Assembly: GCA_965112735.1 (NCBI GenBank)
Contig: OZ218951.1
Location: forward strand, 2,170,001-2,234,000
Source: Phaeosaccion multiseriatum
Lineage: Eukaryota > Protista > Ochrophyta, other classes
Reading direction: 5' to 3'
Length of the DNA stretch: 64,000 bases
In this document: positions 47,935 to 59,345 of the stretch, one piece after another
Position numbering within the stretch: the stretch's first letter is position 1
Layout of the letters: every line of letters starts with the position of its first letter
The notes under the pieces: generated by a model
Databases searched by the model: none
What the model was told of the DNA's origin: nothing
What the model saw: only the letters and a program-made list of their open reading frames with translations
Program-made: the position numbers and the translations under genes

Positions 47935-48255
47935 ACGAAAAGCTCCGGAGCACCGAGCACCTGTTGTGGTGAAGGTGCTTGCCATCAGAGCAGCGCGGAT
48001 GCGAACGATGGGCGGGGGCGGAGGTAGGCCCATCCGGAAGATGGACATCGCTCACCAGCTGCAGTGAGAAAGAGAGGAGGCGACGGGAGGAATGAATGAA
48101 TGACTCACTAAACGCGTCGAAGCAGGCATCAGCACTCACCCCCCCCACTTGTAGCCCCACTTCTTGTCTCCCCAGCCCCACACAGCCTGAGGTCATGCCC
48201 CAACGGCCCCTCAGTCCTCAGTCTTGGCAGCCGCAGGGGTGGTCATGTTGCCCCC
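47935..48255 (-). pseudogene. Inverted remnant: 3' end of a CPW gene joined to the last two exons and 3' UTR of a WG-peptide gene
   Basis: The minus strand reads HDHPCGCQD-stop-GGACTGAGGG, matching the CPW gene ends at 46.5 and 59.3 kb. It continues VWGWGDKKWGYKWGG|gtgagt (phase 2, exon ends 48140), then ctgcag|C TGG TGA (48058-48052), then a 3' UTR homologous to 49173-49305. Confidence 0.75.
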
Positions 48256-48356
48256 AGCCAGTGCGTGCTGTCATGCCTTGGCTCCGCTGCTTCCCGCCTA
48301 GTCCTGTGTCATGGCCCATATGACGTTTGTGTCACTGGCGTATCAAAGGGGGGGTC

Positions 48357-48368
48357 AAAAGGGCTCCA
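48357..48368 (+). promoter_or_regulatory. Candidate promoter motif AAAAGGGCTCCA upstream of peptide gene A
   Basis: The same 12-mer, preceded by TATCA, also lies upstream of gene B (60810-60821, +) and gene D (58291-58302, -). Confidence 0.45.
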
Positions 48369-48479
48369 AAGGGCTCGAGAGAGGTGCATTTTCTACGTTT
48401 TTCTCGGCCTTGCTCACAACCACAGTTGCCTCAGGACCGCCTCAACTACTGCCGCAAGACTACCAAGAAAGAAAGCACC

Positions 48480-49182
48480 ATGACTCGCATCATCCTCACT
48501 CTCTTCGCCCTGCTCTTTGTGGCAGTGCTCTCCGGCGCCGCCGAAGTCCCCGACACCATCAAGGACAAGCCGGCCCGCAAGCTGTAAGTTCAAGGATCGG
48601 ATCTTGCCTGCTTGACGCGCCCGTGCACGTCCTCAACACTCGCTCCGCTCTCCTCTTCTCGGCTCTCGCACACCTCTTCATGTCTGCCTCACGCTCCGCT
48701 CGACTTATGTTGTACGCTCGCTTTTGCCCCTGCCGCGCGCCTTCGCTCCGTTTTCGTCCCTCCCCCGTCGCCCTTCACCTTCACCCCGGGCGCCACTCCG
48801 CTACAGGAGCTACGGCTCTCGAGGCGAAGGCCACCAGAGGGGACGCAAACTGTAAGTGACGTCTCCCTACATCGCTCACACCTGCTTACTGTCTCTTACC
48901 GTCTTTCCCTTTCCACTCCGCGCTCCTCATCTACTCGGATCCAATTGACTCCGCCGCCATCGACCCGGATCGTGTGCGCCCCCCCCCGCTCAACTTCTTG
49001 GGCATCCTTTACCCCTGGCGATAACAGCTACCACTGGGGCGGATGGGGCGGATGGGGCGGATGGGGACGCAGATGGGGAGGGTGAGTGCTATGGTGCTAT
49101 GGGCTGAGGTATACACTTCCACACTATTCTTACATCTGTCCTCCTCCCTTCACCTCCTCTTTCGCGCTGCAGCTGGTGGTGA
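48480..49182 (+). CDS. Secreted RKL-delimited propeptide, WG type (gene A), 70 aa, 4 exons
   Basis: Exons 48480-48583, 48807-48851, 49028-49081 and 49173-49182, all GT-AG and phase 2. Product: MTRIILTLFALLFVAVLSGAAEVPDTIKDKPARKL-SYGSRGEGHQRGRKL-YHWGGWGGWGGWGRRWGGWW. Confidence 0.8.
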
Positions 49183-50555
49183 GCGATGTCCATCTTCCGG
49201 ATGGGTCTACCTCCGCCCCCGCCCATCGTTCGCGTCGCTCCGCGCTGCTCTGATGGCGACAAGCACCTTCACCACCAGCAGGTGCTCGGTCCTCCGCAGC
49301 TTTCGACAACGAGAAGCTTCGTGTGACCATAGGCAGAGAGAAAGGAGCCCTATTTATTTGATATCGTATTTGCATTAATTCAGTCTCGCAACTTAAGATC
49401 CTTCTCAGATGTCTCGTCGGCCTCGACATGTGTGCTCCTTGAGTGCTTCATCTCTCCCTTGTAAGGCGACTCGCATGGCAGAGATTAAGCAGCAGCGTCA
49501 CAAGCTGATGGTTGAGTGCTGTCCCCTCTAATCCCAAGACGGCGGCGCAGTCTTTTGTCACTCCACAAACTAGCCAGAACAAACGGCCGATCCATGTCTA
49601 TGTGAGGCAAGATCCCATGCCTTGAATGGAGAGAGTAAAAGGCAGCGGGAGGGAGGGAGGGAGGGAGGGAGGGAGGGAGGGAGGGATAGAGATGTCCCTT
49701 GTTGCTGCCCTCCTCAACGCCTCCGCGCCCTTCCACAAGGCAACGGTGCTGAGGGGTGAGTTGTAATCCAATCCAATCTGAAGTCAATGGGAGTGAGTGT
49801 GGTACAGTAGCCCCTCCTTTCTTCGTGCTGCCTCTCTCTACAAGTGAGCACCCGCTGCAGCAGCGAAGGCATAGAAAGCTTCTTGTAGTCGTCCGTCGCT
49901 CTGCCTTGTTATGGAGGCCTCTCAAGGTATTGGGTTTGGTAATCCGATTCACAGATACCGATCGCAGAAGGGGGGGAGTTCCTTTGCTTGGGCGAGAGGG
50001 CAGCGGCAGCAAGGCTGTGTTAAGTGCGACAGCAGCTGCTGCCTAGATGAGCGGTGCCTGCCTTTGGCCTCCACACGAGCACGACCCCCGCCTAGGACCT
50101 GGCGTTCACCTTTTATCATTGTGTGTTTATCAAGGCAGTACCCTTCTCTAAGCTACGACTACGACTACATGCGGGCACAGCAAGCCCTCGGCCTCGGTCC
50201 ATCGGGATTACACTCTCCCCCCTTCAAACGAATTGACCTTGCCTCTCCCCCCCCCCCTCAAGCCATACACTTCACCCATTGATCCCGTAAGCTACACACG
50301 TGACTCCCCTCCCCCCCCGACCCCCTACCTCCTGTGCTCCGCTCCTCTCTGCGACAGAGGATCGCAATCACTTCACCGCTGTTACACCAAGCCAGTGTGC
50401 CGTGGGCAGTCTCTCTCGCGCATCACATCCTGATGTACAGGCTCACTCGCATGTGCGGCATGACTGGTGCAACTGAGCAGCTGGAGCGGTACTCTTTCGT
50501 TGCCAAAGTCGTCGCTGCCCTACCAGCCCCCACCCCGCACATCCCTCTTGCTCGT

Positions 50556-52370
50556 TCAGCTCATCTCCTCCGCCATGCTCTCCCACGTCTCGCTCTGCAC
50601 CCGCCCGGGCCTCTCCAGCGGCAGGATTCCGCTCTCCTTGCCGAAGGTCTTATCCGTCCTTCGCATGAGGTCCAGCGCGGTTTGGGACCGGAAGAAGGCT
50701 GCTGCCGCCTCCATAAGTCGCTGCTCGATGTCCCGGCTGAACTGCCACCGCCGGGCGTCAGCCAAGGCCTTGTCCACCGAAGCACCGGCCGAGAGGAGCT
50801 GCAGCGCAATCCCGTGGTGGTCTCCGCAGATGGCAACAACCAGCGGGGAAGGGACGTCTACTCTTGAGGCATCCAAGGGGGCTCCCGCAGAGATGAGACG
50901 GGCGACGACGGCCTCGTGCCCACCCTCCGCGGCAAGAAGGAGGGGTGTTGCGCAATTGTTGCCCTCTTTGTCCACACGTGCTCCCGCACAGAGAAGCTTC
51001 TCCACCACGGCGTCGTGCCCTTCCTGACAGGCAGCGTGAAGAGCAGTGACACCTTCGGGGTCAGCCTTGTCCACACGTGCTCCTGCAGAGAGAAGCTTCT
51101 CCACCACGGCGTCGTGTCCATATTGAGAGGCGATATGAAGAGCGGTGAAACCTTCGGGGTCAGCCTTGTCGATGGGGGGTCCCGCAGAGATGAGACGAGC
51201 GACGACGGCCTCGTGCCCATTCCGCGCGGCAACATGGAGGGGTGTTGCGCCATGGTTGGCCACTTTGTCCACACGTGCTCCCGCAGAGAGAAGCTTCTCC
51301 ACCACGGCGTCGTGTCCATCTTGAGAGGCGATATGAAGAGCAGTGAAACCTTCGGGGTCAGCCTTGTCGATGGGGGGTCCCGCAGAGATGAGACGAGCGA
51401 CGACGGCCTTGTGCCCATTCTCCGCGGCAAGAAAGAGGGGTGTTGCGCCAGTGTTGGCCTCTTTGTCCACCTGTGCTCCCGCACAGAGAAGCTTCTCCAC
51501 CACGGCGTCGTGACCTTCCTGACAGGCAACGTGAAGAGGAGTGAAACCTTCGTGGTCAGCCTTGTCGATGATGGCGTGAGCCCTGATGAGCTGCTGTACA
51601 ATGCCCACATGCCCATTGAGCGATGCCTGCAGAAGCGGAGTAGCCCCGAGATTACTTGCGTGGTTCACATCCGCTTGGGCTGAGATGAGGAGCCTTACAA
51701 CAGAGCCATGTCCGTTCTGAGAGGCCATCCAAACCGGAGAAAGCCCCTGCTTCCCCGCCAAGTCAATGCTGGCATGCGCCGAGAGCAGCTGCTGCACTAT
51801 CGTGGAGTGCCCCTCATCTGAGGCTACAATCAAGGGAGTAGCTCCTGCGTCATTCGCTTGGTCCACAGGGGCTCCAATGTCTAACAGCCGCCTCACCACC
51901 TGATCGTGTCCGTTGCTGATTGCGCCTATCAACGGCGTGTCTCCAAAGGGCCTGCCTCTGGTTCTGAAGGAGGCCCCTTCCCGCAGCACAAGGTCCACGA
52001 CATCCAGCCGACCGTATCTTGAAGCGCAGAGTGCAGACGAATCGCCCTCTTCATTGATAGGCTCATCCAAACTCGCTTTGCCGTGCTTGGCGATGAGCTT
52101 CACAATCAGCGCTCTCACAGTGAGGAAGCTATCTCCTCTTTCCAGAGCCTGCCCGAGTCGCCGCGCCTGGGGTTGAGGGAAACAAGTTTAGGGGGGAGAG
52201 GCGCATAAACCGGACAAAAAGGGATCAACGGGGAGCTGCTCACTGGTCACACGTGATCTCAGCGCAAAAAAGGATTCCTCTCTCTGCTCTGTTTTTCCAA
52301 ATAACACCATATTATAGGAGGCAGGACGCTACATCCGTACCTCGGGCGTTAAAGTTGCCTGCTGCGCCAT
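50556..52370 (-). CDS. Ankyrin-repeat protein (about 12-13 repeats) with conserved non-ankyrin C-terminal tail, 2 exons
   Basis: Exon 1 is 52370-52341 (MAQQATLTPE|gt), and exon 2 is in frame from 52166. Canonical G-TPLH-A...GH-AVV--LL-AGA repeats follow. Confidence 0.9.
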
Positions 52371-52668
52371 GGTGAGCAAGCGGCCCCGCCCTTGAGAGGG
52401 TGCTGCAGACTAGGGAGCTACAGAAGGCTCTGCTTTTGCTTGTTGTGGTTGCTTTTTCTGTGTGGAGTTCTATTATGTTACCTAAACTTACGTATGTGGA
52501 GTAGGGCGTATGTAGTTGGTTTTGGTGATCGGGGGGTTCACAGATGCCGATGGCTGTGTTGAGTGCTGACAGACACGACCGCGCAGCCGCTGCCTAGATG
52601 AGCGGTGCCTGTCTTTTGCCTCTTACACGAGCACAGCACCCTTCTCTCTCTTTCTGCCTTGCTCAACC

Positions 52669-54317
52669 ATGTAAAGGACCCTCAGCACTGAGGTATACAA
52701 ATTTTTAAAACTCCCCCCTCTCCTTCTCCCTCACTCGAACGACGCGGTGACTCCCTCCCCTCCTGCTCTCGCGCTGTTGCTTATTCCCCTCGTGGCAGAC
52801 CACCCGCCTGAAGGAAGCCATCACTAATGGCCAGAGCGTCAAAAAGGTGAAAGGGGCTGTGAGAGCCCTCGTCGCTGAAAACGGAGGGAGGAAGGCGTGC
52901 TTGGACGAGCCCCTCGATGAGAGAGGTTGGCTTGCCCTAGCTATACATGAAGGCGGGGTGACATCCTAGCTCTTCTGCTGCAAGAGGGAGCGTCGATGAA
53001 TGCTGCAAATCGTGGGTACGGGTTGACTGCGTTAATGCGTGCATGTACGGTAAAGGATGCTGCTGCTATTGTACCACAGCTTGTCTCTGCTGGTGCGGAT
53101 GTCAATGCAGTAACGATGGAGAGATGCACGGCTCTCATGACGGCCTCCTCGGAGGGGGCCGTTGTGGTGTTGCCCAAGCTGCTCTCCGCCGGTGCCAGCT
53201 TGGACTGGGTTGACAGTGAAGGTTCCACGGCGTTGACCCTTTCGGTACAGCACGGCCATCATGCAGTGGTGCAGCAGCTGCTATCGGCAGGTGCAGAGGT
53301 GGACCGTGTAGGTATGAGAGGGAAGACGGCGCTCCATTATGCCTGTCTTGGAGGACAGAAAAGGGTGGTCCAGCAGCTGCTCAAGGACGGTGCGTAAGAC
53401 ATTCCGTAGGCTTTACGCCGTTGGTATTGGTCTCCCATGGAAGACATCTTGCGGTGGTGCAGCAGCTGCTGTCGGCCGGCGCTGATCCTAACCACTTGGA
53501 TGACAGGAATGCTTGGGGCCACACCCCCTTGACGATGGCCACCCGAAACGGACACCACAGGGTCACGCAGCTGCTCCTCATCTCCGGGGCGGAGGCGAAT
53601 TTAGGAGGCCGCAGCCAGTGGGATGCGCTCTATCTTATCTTGCAAGCCAATATGGACATGGCATTGTGGTGGATCAGCTCCTCGCAGCCGGCGCGAAACT
53701 CGAACGCCGCAATGGTGAGGAGGGGAGAAGTGCGTTGATGGGAGCGTCTATGGAAGGGCAGAGAAGTATTGTGCGAAAGCTGCTCAGGGCGGGTGCAGAG
53801 TTGAATGCCATGGGTGGCGACGGGTGGGGGGCGATACCAGTTGGCATCTCATGGAGGTCATGCTCGTGTCGTGGAGGAGATCATCTCAGCAGGTGCCGAT
53901 GTGGAAATGCTGACTAGGGTGGGGGGTATACCTTTGTTGCTGGCTGCTGCGTTTGGTCATGGGGCAGTGATTCATGAGCTCCTGTCTGCAGGGGCTGATC
54001 CTGACAATGAGGGCAGTGTCAGCAGCGGAACGGCCTTATTTTGTGCAGCATTGAATGGCCACAGCGGGGCGGCGCTGGAGCTGCTCTCAGGAGAGGCCTC
54101 ACTGACAAAGGCTCTGACCAAAGCGCGAGAGGATCGCGATGAAGCCCGTATTGTAGAATTCCTCCTGACCGCCGACAGGCAGCACTTTGCGTCACAAAGC
54201 GCGCTGGACCTGATGCGGGACATTGACCCTGTCTTTGGCAAAGAAGGGAGGCTGAAGGTGTCCCAGAGAGAGATTGGCCCTGACGTGCTGCAGGAGGTGG
54301 CGGAGGAGATAGCATGA
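52669..54317 (+). pseudogene. Ankyrin-repeat pseudogene, head-to-head paralogue of the 50556-52370 gene
   Basis: Exon 1 is ATG TAA...ACT GAG|gt (stop at codon 2), and exon 2 starts at 52799. Ankyrin repeats are split across several frames with stops. It shares the N-terminal LDEP motif and the tail SQSALDLMRDIDPVFGKEG...VAEEIA. Confidence 0.8.
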
Positions 54318-54589
54318 TGAAAGCGGCACCTCTCGCCTGCGGTTTGGCCAGGGCGTTGAGAAGGAAGGGGACGAAAATGGCCCTCGTCAGACTTGCAGAG
54401 GCAGTGGTGATGGGGTGGAACAGAGGTCAGCGTGAGAGGCTGTGGGGTAGGCAGGAGGATGAAGGAGAGAGAGACGTCCAAGGAGGTTGGTGTGAGTGTA
54501 GGTGGTAATAACGTAAGAACAAGCTGCTTCACCACTCCTCCTCCTATCTTCTTTTCCCCTTCCCCCTTCCATCCCCAGCCCCTTCGCAC

Positions 54590-56178
54590 CCCTCACTCAC
54601 TCACACAAACACGCACGCTTTCGAGCACTCACTCACCCACTCCTCACTCACTCACTCACGCGGGCACACACAGACGCACGCACTCGCACGCTCGCATGCA
54701 CGCACGCACTCACTCATTCACTTCCTCACTCCCTCCTCCGTCTCTCCCTCTTCCCTCCCTCTCTCCCTTCCTGCTTTCCTCCCTCCCTCCCTTCCTTCCC
54801 TCCCTCCCTCCCTCCATCACTCACTCACTCATTCACTCATTCACTCATTCACTCCCCTCTCTCCCTCCCTCCCTCCCCCCCTCCATCCCTCCCTCCCTCC
54901 CTCACTCCCTCCCTCCCTCCCTCCCTCCCTCCCTCACTTACTCACCCACTCCCCTCCCTCCCTCCGTCACGCTTTTACTCCCTCAATCTCTCACTTCCTG
55001 GCAGACCTGCCTCACTCACTCAGTCCCTCGCCCACCCAATCACTCCCGCACGCACTCATTCTCACTCACGCACGCACGCACGCACCCAAGCCCTCACTCA
55101 CTCCCCACCCTCACTACTCACCCCTCTCTCACTCACGCAGTACTCAATCCTTCCCTCACCCACCCCCTCACTCCCTCACTCATCCCCCTCACTCCCTCAC
55201 TCCGGCTCCATCCCCACTACAGGCCCAGAGGTGTCACTCACTCATTCACTCCCTCACTCTTTCCTCCGTCTCTGCCTCCCCCTTCCCTCCCCTCTCCCTT
55301 CCTCCTTTCCTCCATTCCTCCTTTCCTCCCTCCCTCCCTCCCTCCCTCCCTTCCTCCCTCCCTCCCTCCCTCCCTCCCTCCCTCCCTCCCTCCCTCCCTC
55401 CCTCCCTCCCTCCCTCCCTCCCTCCCTCCCTCCCTCCCTCCCTCCCTCCCTCCCTCCCTCCCTCCCTCCCTCCCTCCCTCCCTCCCTCCCTCCCTCCCTC
55501 CCTCCCTCCCTCCCTCCCTCCCTCCCTCCCTCCCTCCCTCCCTCCCTCCCTCCCTCCCTCCCTCCCTCCCTCCCTCCCTCCCTCCCTCCCTCCCTCCCTC
55601 CCTCCCTCCCTCCCTCCCTCCCTCCCTCCCTCCCTCCCTCTCTCTCTCCCTCCCTCCCTCCCTCCCTCCCTCCCTCCCTCCCTCCCTCCCTCCCTCCCTC
55701 CCTCCCTCCCTCCCTCCCTCCCTCCCTCCCTCACTCACCCACTCCCTCACTCACTCACTCACCCACTCACCTCCCTCCCTTCCTCCCACCCTCCCTCCGT
55801 CACGTTTTTACTCCCTCCTCCCTCCCTCCCTCCCTCCCTCCCTCCCTCCCTCCCTCCCTCCCTCACTCACTCACTCACCCACTCCCCTCCCTCTCTTCCT
55901 CCCACCCTCCCTCCGTCACGTTTTTACTCCCTCAATCTCTCACTTTCTGGCAGACCCCCCTTACTCCCTCAGTCCCTCGCCTACCCAATCACTCCCGCAC
56001 GCACTCACTCTCACTCACGCACGCACGCACGCACCCAAGCCCGCACTCACTCCCAACCCCTCACTACTCACCCCTCTCTCACTCACGCAGCACTCCATCC
56101 TTCCCTCACTCGCTCCCTCACTCACCCCCCTCACTCCCTCACTTCGGCTCCATCCCACCTATAGGCCTAGAGGTGTCT
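54590..56178. repeat. Two diverged tandem copies of a pyrimidine-rich unit with (CCCT)n/(CACT)n expansion
   Basis: Both units end in CGGCTCCATCCC...AGGCC(C/T)AGAGGTGTC (about 55203-55235 and 56144-56177). Confidence 0.85.
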
Positions 56179-56911
56179 AGGCCTAGGCCGCTTACTGTGC
56201 CATCTAGCAGCAGGAACATTCTCTCCCGGGGGCTAGTAGGGAGAGGAAGGGTCCGTAAGACCTTCACGTATAGGTATGAGTGCCGTTGCCAAAAGTAACG
56301 GGCCCGTGTCCCACATCCCCTCCTCTCCCCTTAGTTCTTTACCTGAGACAGATCGAGATAGGTACCTCTTAGGCGTCAACTCCTTCGAGCAAGGTTAATC
56401 GGAGGCACCACTACGGACACTTAGTCTGTGGTGCAGTACTCTAACGGGCCCCCATCGGTTCTCTCGAGATCCACCACACTTTGTTCGGCTGTGAGATGCA
56501 TACTCACATAGCTACTACCGTCCGCCGTCGATTTCCTCTACAAGCTACCACAATTGCCTCGACCAGGCACCACCTCCCATCCATGTGGATCTGCAGGTCG
56601 ATGACCAGGGAAGGGGAGCGTGGGCCGAGGGGCAGGAGCCCGAGTACGTCAGCAGCGAGGAGGCCGCCGGCGCCACTGCCCCCTCGCCACCCCAACTGAG
56701 GCGGTTGCCCTTTCCGACTCCAGGAGTGGCGACGAGGGCGACAGCAAGCGAGCACCTCCACGACCCGGAGCCGAAGCGGTTCCAGCACGAGGAGAAGCAG
56801 GGGCAGTAGCCACAGCGACAGCACCGCCCTGCATGCCTTCGTGCTACACGAACTTTCGTCGTTCTCCGCCCAAGATGTAAGAAGCATACCGAGGTGACGA
56901 GGTTGGACTTA

Positions 56912-58217
56912 TCAAGCATAAATTGTTAAATCTCCCGTGCCCTCTGCCCCTACGCTGACAATGCACGGAGCTCTCCCACGGAGTTCCCACCAAACAGCTT
57001 GACCAAAGCTTGCACGCCTTGAAGAAGGACATCGCTCAGTGCGGCAGTCGGCTCCTCTGCAGAGAAAAGAACGACTACGATACGGAGGTGGAGTAAGCAA
57101 AAAGAAGAGCGGAAAACGCCGAGCTGGAACTTACGTAGAGGGCGCAGGTGTGGGTGATGCTTGGCTGATGTCGATGTAAATGAAGACCGAAGTTGATAGA
57201 AGCCATAGAAGCCCGGTCCGCGGTGTGAAGCGCAGGGCCGAGAAGAGAGGAGAAGCGGAGAGAAGAGAGTAGAGTGAGGAGAAGAAGACTCCGCTTGAGC
57301 ATGCAGTTCACTTGGGGGCTTACAGTTTGCGGTCGCGGCGGTCGCGATCATCCCCGAAGTCATCTTCATCGCCATCATCCCCGAACTCATCTTCTTCGTC
57401 TCCGTCCCTGACACGAGGCGACGATGGTGTGCAGATGGCGCGCGATGGAGATGGACAGGAGAGGGAAGAAGCGCGAGGGTAGGGGCGGAGAGGAAGATGT
57501 CAAGAAGCAGGCAACTGTAAAGCCGGGAGAGGAGGGGACGGAGAGAGAAACCCAGGGAGGGACGCAAAGAGGGCGCGAGGGGGAAACTTACTCCTGCAGC
57601 TTGCGGGCGCGGCGGTTGCCAGAGGGCGCAGGTGTGGGCGATGCTTGGCTGTTGTCGATATAAGTGAAGACCGAAGTTGATAGAAGCCCGGTCCGCGGTG
57701 TGACCCGCAGGGCCGAGAAGAGAGGAGCAGTGGAGAGAAGAGAGTAGAGTGAGGAGAAGAAGACTCCGCTTGAGCATGCAAGTTCACTTGGGGGCTTACA
57801 GTTTGCGGGCGCGGCGGTCGCGATCATCCCCGAAGTCATCTTCATCGTTTCCGTCGCTATTGTTGGCGCAGTCCGTGAGGTCGATGGAGAAGAAACGTCA
57901 CAGGAGAGGACGAAGCGCGAGCCCGGGGGAGTGGAGGCGGTGGAGGCGGATGTCAAGAGAGGAGGAGGGGGGGAGAAGCGCACGGAGGCGGGCAATGAGT
58001 CGGGGGGTTGCGAGGCAGAGGAGGGACAGCGGGCTCAAACGCAGGTGTGTTCGAATGAGGCGACAAGAGCGGGGCAAGAGATCTTCCCCCCTTTTGATGC
58101 TCATAGAACTTACTCCTGCAGTTCGCGGGCCTCGGAGAAGGTGTCAGGGACTCGGGCGGCGCTGGAGAGCACTGCGACAAGGAGCAGGGTGAAGAGAGTG
58201 AAGAGAGAGAGGTTCAT
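56912..58217 (-). CDS. Secreted RKL-delimited polyprotein, acidic/Pro-rich type (gene D), at least 6 exons; last exon uncertain
   Basis: Exons 58217-58114, 57856-57800, 57648-57592, 57407-57324 and 57164-57135, all GT-AG and phase 2. Product: MNLSLFTLFTLLLVAVLSSAARVPDTFSEAREL-QDDGNDEDDFGDDRDRRARKL-QASPTPAPSGNRRARKL-QEDGDEEDEFGDDGDEDDFGDDRDRRDRKL-QASPTPAPST... The final acceptor is near 57057, and the stop is at 57036 or 56912 depending on the acceptor used. Confidence 0.75.
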
Positions 58218-58439
58218 GGTGGGCTTGCGTGGGTTGGGTCCTGCGAGATAGCTCCTGTGTTGTTGTGTTGTGTGACACGGGCAACGATCTTGGAGCCCTT
58301 TTGGATGATAGTATTCTCGATTGCAAAGGCCGTCCTGCAAAGACCCAAATTTGATGAGCGGGATGGACGCAGAGGCGGGTGGGGTCTTTGCGGCATGTAC
58401 CAGGCTGTGCAGACTGCGAGTGGGCCACTTGTGCCGTCC

Positions 58440-59345
58440 GCACATCTGCACAGAGGGGGGATAGCGCCCCTTCTTTTACGCGGAGGAGCCTTCGCCCCGT
58501 GCCAAGGTGCTGGCGCTGGAGGACATGAGGCGGAAGGTCCTGGCTGGCCATTGTGGGGGAAGGGCATCTTCGTCGCTGGTGTCAGCAAGGACTGGAAGAG
58601 GCTGTGCAGCGCCGCTTATCCCCGGTTGGAGACCTCTCTTCTATTCGGATCTACGGCGGGCGCGCGTCAGTTTTTTCCACGCTACAGCCTTGTGGGGAGA
58701 TGTGAGCATCTGCGAGGCCAAGGCCAAGGCCAAGGCCAAGGCCAAGGCCCTCCATCGCCACGGCTGCGCATGGTGCGAGAAAGTGTGCCAAGGCGCTGCC
58801 GAGAATGCCAAGCACGGCACGAGTATTCTCAAGTGGCTCCGCTCGGAAAGCCCTAACAAGAGACCATGCCCCTGGAACGAGTATACTTGCACTCAAGCCG
58901 CATTGAGAGGGGACGTGGACATGGTCACGTGGCTGTTGTCGGGTGAGGCATTTACTCCATTGGACTGCGGTGTGTGGAGCGAGGCTGCGCACAAGGGATG
59001 TATCAATGTGCTGGAGATGCTTCTGAATCACCGCAGAGTCAGGCCTGAGCTTGAGGCGGCAGCGGGTGGTAACGAGTGGCGATGGGGGGCTACCTGGGCT
59101 GCAGGGGAGGGCACTTGGAGGTGCTGTGCAAGAGGGACCTTACTGTTTGTTTCTTTGCTGTCAAGTACGGCGAAAGCCTACCAATACTGCATTGGCTGCC
59201 GAGCGCCATGTGTCCATGGAACCAGGGTTCATTTCCGGAGGTGCTGCTCAACACGGGTAGGTGGAGGGCGGGGAGGAACGACGCCTTTGAGGACATGAAG
59301 CGGTGGGCGCACGCCAATGGCCTCCCCTGCAACTGCGAGAACTGA
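58440..59345 (+). pseudogene. Frameshifted paralogue of the CPW-repeat gene
   Basis: FVAGVSKDWKRLC, HGCAWCEKVC...TSILKWLRSE...CPWNEYTCTQAALRGDVDMVTWLLS and AFEDMKRWAHANGLPCNCEN lie in different frames, with a (GCCAAG)n insertion at about 58717-58747. Confidence 0.75.

Noticed and set aside
48480-48587. RKL as an oomycete RxLR effector motif
   Set aside because: There is no RxLR-dEER sequence and no folded effector domain. The motif recurs between short modules, which fits polyprotein cleavage better.
49028-49182. WG/GW repeats as Argonaute-binding hooks or a prion octarepeat
   Set aside because: The peptide follows a secretory signal, so it would not meet cytosolic Argonaute. The similarity is compositional only.
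47935-49310. Inverted repeats as transposon TIRs (MITE carrying gene A)
   Set aside because: The arms are explained as the last exon and 3' UTR of paralogous genes with matching splice sites. No target-site duplication or transposase is seen.
56585-56809. Short + strand ORF MDLQVDDQG...
   Set aside because: It has no recognisable motif, signal peptide or paralogue, so it cannot be supported.
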